DNA of 63,717 nucleotides, counting the filler, from Nitrospirae bacterium CG2_30_53_67 (GTDB taxonomy: Bacteria > CG2-30-53-67), in NCBI GenBank assembly GCA_001873285.1. It is 6 parts of 6 records of this genome, joined end to end, with 100 filler letters (N's around TTAATTAATTAA, not from the genome) between each part and the next. Parts side by side here need not be neighbours in the genome. Positions count along the whole stretch, not along the records: positions 55,177 to 63,717 come from MNYV01000108.1; 5 more parts are not named here. One strand, written 5' to 3'. Each line of letters starts with the position of its first letter. The stretch's first letter is position 1. A model generated the notes under the pieces. It worked only from the letters and a program-made list of their open reading frames with translations. It had not been told where the DNA came from and made no database searches. A program made the translations under genes and the position numbers. Shown here in pieces: positions 58,745 to 63,717 of the stretch.

Positions 58745-61225
58745 TCAAATTACGATGTTGACCAGTTTACCCGGCACCACGATGACCTTTCGGACCGTCT
58801 TCCCGTTCGTAAACTCAAGAACACGGGCGTCGGAAAAGGCCGTCTCCCTCAGCATCTCATCGGGTGAGTTCGCAGGAACCTCGATCCGGCTCCGGATCTT
58901 TCCGTTGATCTGCACCACGACGGTGATGGTTTCTTCCTTGGCAATGGTCTCGTCATAGACAGGCCAGAAGACCTCTCCGATCCCCCCCGTATGCCCCAGG
59001 GCCTCCCACATCTCTTCGGCAATGTGCGGCGCGAAAGGCGCAAGCATCAGGGCCAAGGCCTCCAGGGACTCTCGAAGCACGGGAAGGGTTTCTTCGGTGA
59101 ATGATTCCTGTTGGGTCTGGAGCAGGAGGTTGACGAGTTCCATGATCGCAGCGATGGCCGTGTTGAAGTGGAACCTTCCATCCAGGTCGTGGGTGACCTT
59201 GCGGATGGTCTGGTGCGTCTTCCTGCGGACGGCCATGACGGAATCGGGAAGGACGCCTCCAATCACGGCATCTTTTGGAATTTTCCCCAACCTCTCGGCA
59301 TAGGTGAAGACCAGCCTCCAGACCCTGTGCAGAAACCGATAGGTCCCTTCCACACCCTGATCGCTCCATTCCAGGTCCTTTTCAGGCGGGGCGGCAAACA
59401 GGGAGAAGAGCCTTGCCGTATCGGCGCCGTATCTGCTGATCAGGAAATCCGGGTCCACCACGTTCCCCTTGGACTTGCTCATCTTGGCCCCGTCCTTGAT
59501 CACCATCCCCTGGGTCAGGAGGTTCACGAAGGGCTCGTTCAGGGAAATCATCCCCAGGTCACGGAGAACCTTGGTGAAGAATCTTGAATAAAGCAGGTGC
59601 ATCACGGCATGCTCGATCCCGCCGATATACTGGTCCACGGGCATCCAGTACTCCGCTTCTTTCCGGTCGAAGGGCCCCTGGTCCCGCACCATGGAGGCAT
59701 AGCGAAGGAAATACCACGATGACTCCACAAAGGTGTCCATGGTGTCGGTCTCCCGCCTGGCCGGGCGTTTACATGCCGGGCAACGTGTCCTCACGAATTC
59801 AGCATGGGAATCCAGCGGCGAACCGCCGGTTCCGGTAAAAGCCACATCTTCAGGCAGGACCACGGGGAGGTCCTCCTCTTTCACCGGAACGATCCCGCAG
59901 GAATCGCAGTAGACCATGGGGATGGGCGCCCCCCAGTAGCGCTGTCTGGAGATCCCCCAGTCCCTGAGGCGGTAGTTGATCGTCCTATCCCCGATCCCTC
60001 GGATCTTGATCTCTTCGGTTATCTTTTGTTTAGCGGTCTCGCTGTCGAGACCGATGAACTGATCTGAATTGACCATGATGCCCGGTTCGGTATACGCCTC
60101 GGCCATCTCCTCCGGCCGGAGGGTCCGGTCGGGCGGCTGGATGACCACCTGTATGGGGATCCCGTACTTTTTTGCAAACTCAAAATCCCGCTGGTCATGG
60201 GCCGGCACGGCCATGACGGCGCCTGCGCCGTATTCCATGAGCACAAAGTTGGCAATATAGATGGGAATGGGTTTCCCGGTCATGGGATTGACGGCGAAAC
60301 TCCCGATAAAGACCCCTTCCTTTTCCACGTCCTCGGACGTCCGGACGATCTTGTCGGTCCTGCGCATCCGTTCGATAAAGGCCTCCACATCCGCCTTTTG
60401 CTCCGGAGCGGTCAAGGAGAAGACCATGGGATGTTCGGGCGCCATGCTCATGAAGGTGGCGCCGAACAGGGTGTCAGGCCTCGTGGTGAAGATCAGGATC
60501 TTCTCTTCCCGCCCTTGAACAGGGAACTCCACCTCCACGCCGTAACTCTTTCCGATCCAGTTCTTCTGCATGGTGATGACCCGTTCCGGCCAGCCGGGAA
60601 GTTTGTCGCAGAACGAGAGGAGTTCATCCGCATATCGGGTAATCCGGAAAAACCACTGGGATAACTGCTTCTGTGTCACATCGCTGTCGCACCTCCAGCA
60701 GCGGCCGCCTTCCACCTGTTCGTTGGCCAGAACCGTGCGGCAGGAGCTGCACCAGTTGACCGAGGATTCCTTGCGGTAGACCAGCCCTTTTTCATACATC
60801 TTCAGAAAAACCAACTGTTCCCAGCGATAGTACCCGGGATCGCAGGTCGCAACCTCCCGGTCCCAATCGTAGGAAAGCCCCAACTGCTTGAGCTGGACCC
60901 GCATGGCCTTGATGTTTTCGTATGTCCATTTGGCCGGATGGACCCCGTGCTTGATCGCCGCGTTTTCCGCAGGCATCCCGAAGGCATCCCAGCCCATGGG
61001 ATGGAGCAGATTATATCCCTGCATCCGCCTGAACCGGGCGATTACATCCCCAATGGAATAGTTCCGTACATGCCCCATGTGGATCTTCCCTGATGGGTAG
61101 GGGAACATCTCAAGGATATAGCACTTCTTACGGGATGGATCGGGAAGAGACCTGAAGCTCTTATTCTCTGCCCAGAAGGTCTGCCATTTCCGCTCAACAT
61201 TTGAAGGATGGTACTCAGCATCCAC
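58745..61225 (-). CDS. leuS: Leucine-tRNA ligase
   Basis: [32 protein letters not shown]. Confidence 0.98.
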   Translation of the reverse strand: MDAEYHPSNVERKWQTFWAENKSFRSLPDPSRKKCYILEMFPYPSGKIHMGHVRNYSIGDVIARFRRMQGYNLLHPMGWDAFGMPAENAAIKHGVHPAKWTYENIKAMRVQLKQLGLSYDWDREVATCDPGYYRWEQLVFLKMYEKGLVYRKESSVNWCSSCRTVLANEQVEGGRCWRCDSDVTQKQLSQWFFRITRYADELLSFCDKLPGWPERVITMQKNWIGKSYGVEVEFPVQGREEKILIFTTRPDTLFGATFMSMAPEHPMVFSLTAPEQKADVEAFIERMRRTDKIVRTSEDVEKEGVFIGSFAVNPMTGKPIPIYIANFVLMEYGAGAVMAVPAHDQRDFEFAKKYGIPIQVVIQPPDRTLRPEEMAEAYTEPGIMVNSDQFIGLDSETAKQKITEEIKIRGIGDRTINYRLRDWGISRQRYWGAPIPMVYCDSCGIVPVKEEDLPVVLPEDVAFTGTGGSPLDSHAEFVRTRCPACKRPARRETDTMDTFVESSWYFLRYASMVRDQGPFDRKEAEYWMPVDQYIGGIEHAVMHLLYSRFFTKVLRDLGMISLNEPFVNLLTQGMVIKDGAKMSKSKGNVVDPDFLISRYGADTARLFSLFAAPPEKDLEWSDQGVEGTYRFLHRVWRLVFTYAERLGKIPKDAVIGGVLPDSVMAVRRKTHQTIRKVTHDLDGRFHFNTAIAAIMELVNLLLQTQQESFTEETLPVLRESLEALALMLAPFAPHIAEEMWEALGHTGGIGEVFWPVYDETIAKEETITVVVQINGKIRSRIEVPANSPDEMLRETAFSDARVLEFTNGKTVRKVIVVPGKLVNIVI

Positions 61226-61452
61226 TTCTGCACCTCGTCATTTAAGAAAAAGATATGAGGATAATTAACATACCCCCCCTTTTTTTTCAAGTAAAAAGCC
61301 GATATCGCCCCTCCTTGCAGGGAAACATCTACATAGGAAAAAATTTGCTTTTTTGTCACATTCTGCTATGCTATGCCATGACGGATCCATTGAGGATGGC
61401 CGTGTTCTTTCCCGGCTGAATCGTAACCCATCATGCTGTAATTATTGCGCCT

Positions 61453-62466
61453 ATGGACTTGATCGAAGAAGAGGCAAAAAAGACTCCAAAGAAAGCCATG
61501 GTCCTGGCTGCAGGCCTGGGGGAGAGGCTTCGACCCCTCACCCTGGAGCAGCCCAAACCGCTGATCCCGGTGGCAAACCGCCCGCTGATCGAATTCAACC
61601 TCGATCTTCTGAAACGAAACGGCATCGAGGACGTCGCCGTGAACCTGCACTATATGGGGGACCGGATCAAAGAACATCTTGGCGACGGCTCCCGTTTTGG
61701 GCTCAGGATCATTTATTCCGAAGAACCCGCCCTGCTGGGAACCGGCGGAGGGATCAGGAAGATGCGGGCCTTTTTCGAAGACCGGGCCTTTGTGGTGATT
61801 AATGCGGACATCCTGATCGACATCGACCTCGGGGAGGTGATCGGATTTCACCTCTCCCGCAGGGCGTTCTCCACCATGGTCCTCAGGCCTAATCCGGACC
61901 CCGTCCGTTACGGGACCATCGAAACGGATCATTCAGGAAGGATCAGGGAGTTCCTGGGAAAGGTCAAGACGAAACAGACCGGCCTTGAGAAATGGATGTT
62001 CACCGGCATCCACATCATGGATCCCGAAGTCATGAATTTCATGCCCAAACGCAAGACCTTTTGTATCAACCGGGACGTCTACGCCCAATGGATCCGCTCC
62101 AAAAAGCCCTGTTACGGATATATCCACAGGGGATACTGGAGAGACCTCGGCGAGATCGGGGACTATTTTCAGGCCAATCAGGACATCCTCGATAATCATG
62201 CGTTGAAACAGGGATCCGTGGATAACGGGCCGGCAAACTACAAGAGGGGGAACGGGGTCACGGTGGACCCTGACTGCCTGATCGGGAACGGCGCCGTCAT
62301 CAAGGATGAGGCCGTGATCGGACCCGGCGCCATCATCGGAGACCGGTGCACCATCGGCTCCGGATCCAGGGTCTCAAACAGCATCCTCTGGCCCGATACC
62401 GTGATCGGCGACCACGAGAATATCCACGGCATGATCGTAACCCACTACCAGAGGATACAGGGATAA
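61453..62466 (+). CDS. NDP-sugar synthase (mannose-1-phosphate guanylyltransferase-like)
   Basis: AMVLAAGLGERLRPLT...PKPL, LGTGGG, C-terminal hexapeptide repeats. Confidence 0.85.
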   Translation: MDLIEEEAKKTPKKAMVLAAGLGERLRPLTLEQPKPLIPVANRPLIEFNLDLLKRNGIEDVAVNLHYMGDRIKEHLGDGSRFGLRIIYSEEPALLGTGGGIRKMRAFFEDRAFVVINADILIDIDLGEVIGFHLSRRAFSTMVLRPNPDPVRYGTIETDHSGRIREFLGKVKTKQTGLEKWMFTGIHIMDPEVMNFMPKRKTFCINRDVYAQWIRSKKPCYGYIHRGYWRDLGEIGDYFQANQDILDNHALKQGSVDNGPANYKRGNGVTVDPDCLIGNGAVIKDEAVIGPGAIIGDRCTIGSGSRVSNSILWPDTVIGDHENIHGMIVTHYQRIQG

Positions 62467-62474
62467 ACCAAACC

Positions 62475-63116
62475 ATGCAGCACTGGACGGAATACACCCG
62501 ATTCATCACCGCGTTGCTGGCCATCCTGGACCCATTTCTTGCGATCCCCGTATTTTTAAACATCACCAAGGACTATACCGAAAAAGGGCGCAAGAAAACC
62601 GCCTTGGTCGTCACCTTCACCGTCACGGGTGTGCTTCTTTGCTCCGCCCTGACCGGGGAGACGATCCTGAGATGGATCGGAACCAGCCTCGGTTCCTTCA
62701 TGGTCGGCGGCGGGATTGTCCTGTTCCTGATGGCCCTGGCCATGCTTCGTGCAACGCCCGGACATGTCAGGCAGACGCCTGAAGAAGAGATCGAGATGGC
62801 GGATAAGAGCGCTGCGGCAATCGTCCCTCTGGGGATACCCCTGCTGGCCGGGCCCGGGGCCATCAGCACGGTGATCATTGCCATGAACCGCGGAAACAGC
62901 TGGAATCATTATCTGATCATCCTCTGCTCCATCCTGATGGTCTGTTTCATTCTTTGGATCATGCTCCACCTGGCGTTTCCCATCGGCACGGCCATGGGGA
63001 CGCTCGGTCTCAATATCGCCAACCGGATCCTGGGGCTGCTACTCGCCGCCTTTGCTATCGAGATCATGGCCAATGGATTGAAACAGTTGTTTCCCATTCT
63101 TTCCAGACTGTCATAA
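62475..63116 (+). CDS. MarC-family membrane protein
   Basis: AILDP, PLGIPLLAGPGAI, RILGLLL. Confidence 0.9.
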   Translation: MQHWTEYTRFITALLAILDPFLAIPVFLNITKDYTEKGRKKTALVVTFTVTGVLLCSALTGETILRWIGTSLGSFMVGGGIVLFLMALAMLRATPGHVRQTPEEEIEMADKSAAAIVPLGIPLLAGPGAISTVIIAMNRGNSWNHYLIILCSILMVCFILWIMLHLAFPIGTAMGTLGLNIANRILGLLLAAFAIEIMANGLKQLFPILSRLS

Positions 63117-63126
63117 TCAATAGATT

Positions 63127-63717
63127 TTATGCATTCATATATGAAAGGGTTTTCCTGACCCGGATCCTGGCGGAGGGGTCTTCCACGATTTTCCCGATCC
63201 GGTGGGCCGCGAGTGCGCCCTTTTCCTTCAGCGTTTGAATCAGTCGGTCCGATTCTTCCGGAGCCACGGCGATCAAGAGGCCGCCCGAGGTTTGGGCATC
63301 GCAGAGCACCAGCCGTTCTATCTCTGAAATGGAGGGGTCCCAGACCACGGCATCCGCCAGAAACTTGAGGTTGGCCCGGGTTCCGCCCGGGATATATCCC
63401 TCGCGCGCCAGGCCCCAGACCTCCTCGATCACAGGGACCTGATTCAGGTAGATCTCGGCGCCGACGCCGGTGGACAGGGCCATTTCGTGGAGGTGCCCGA
63501 GAAGGCCGAAACCCGTGATGTCGGTGCAGGCATGGGGTGAGACGGTTCTCATAACCTCAGCCGCAGCCCGGTTGAGCGTGGCCATCAGGATGGTGATCTT
63601 TTCGATCAGCTCCGGGCCAGCGGCATGGTTCTTGATGGCCGTGGTCACGATCCCGCTCCCCAGGGGCTTGGTCAGGATCAGATCATCCCCCACGCGGGCT
63701 CCGGCATTGGCCACGAT
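63127..63717 (-). CDS. selD: Selenide, water dikinase, C-terminal part
   Basis: LILTKPLGSG, ACTDITGFGLLGHL, DAQTSGGLLIA; 5' end lies outside the window. Confidence 0.93.
   Translation of the reverse strand: MVANAGARVGDDLILTKPLGSGIVTTAIKNHAAGPELIEKITILMATLNRAAAEVMRTVSPHACTDITGFGLLGHLHEMALSTGVGAEIYLNQVPVIEEVWGLAREGYIPGGTRANLKFLADAVVWDPSISEIERLVLCDAQTSGGLLIAVAPEESDRLIQTLKEKGALAAHRIGKIVEDPSARIRVRKTLSYMNA

Overview
The window is a pseudo-molecule of six bacterial contigs joined by artificial 100-nt N/TTAATTAATTAA spacers, so adjacency across spacers has no biological meaning. Gene content suggests a diderm, moderately GC-rich anaerobe-like genome (Desulfobacterota/Nitrospirota-like; this is inference). 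Contig 1: OmpA/MotB-domain gene, initiator tRNA, DsrE-family gene, ppdK, glySQ, and a partial Ig-repeat protein. Contig 2: a sulfated-polysaccharide locus (epimerases, ugd, PMM/PGM, NusG paralogue, AbiEii-like pair, sulfotransferase, cysQ, a sat-cysC fusion with a degenerate ATP-sulfurylase site, a priming glycosyltransferase, rfbA). Contig 3: cbiX-cbiC, then an AT-richer cassette under a cobalamin riboswitch (outer-membrane barrel, cbiMNQO, a 50-aa peptide missed by the ORF track, a SPASM radical SAM enzyme), then cbiD-cbiE. Contig 4: an arsenic/heavy-metal island plus an RND pump. Contig 5: a FadL-type channel, two tandem-DUF302-like paralogues, lpdA, gcvH, a PHP phosphatase, mqnE/mqnC, and a four-helix-bundle pseudogene. 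Contig 6: LysR, a DHS-like gene, lptE-leuS, an NDP-sugar synthase, MarC, and partial selD. Intergenic DNA carries seven copies of a MITE-like element linked to the four-helix-bundle repeat cassette, plus other palindromic elements. The best candidates for novel biology are the B12-regulated RiPP/cobalt-uptake module and this repeat-cassette system.
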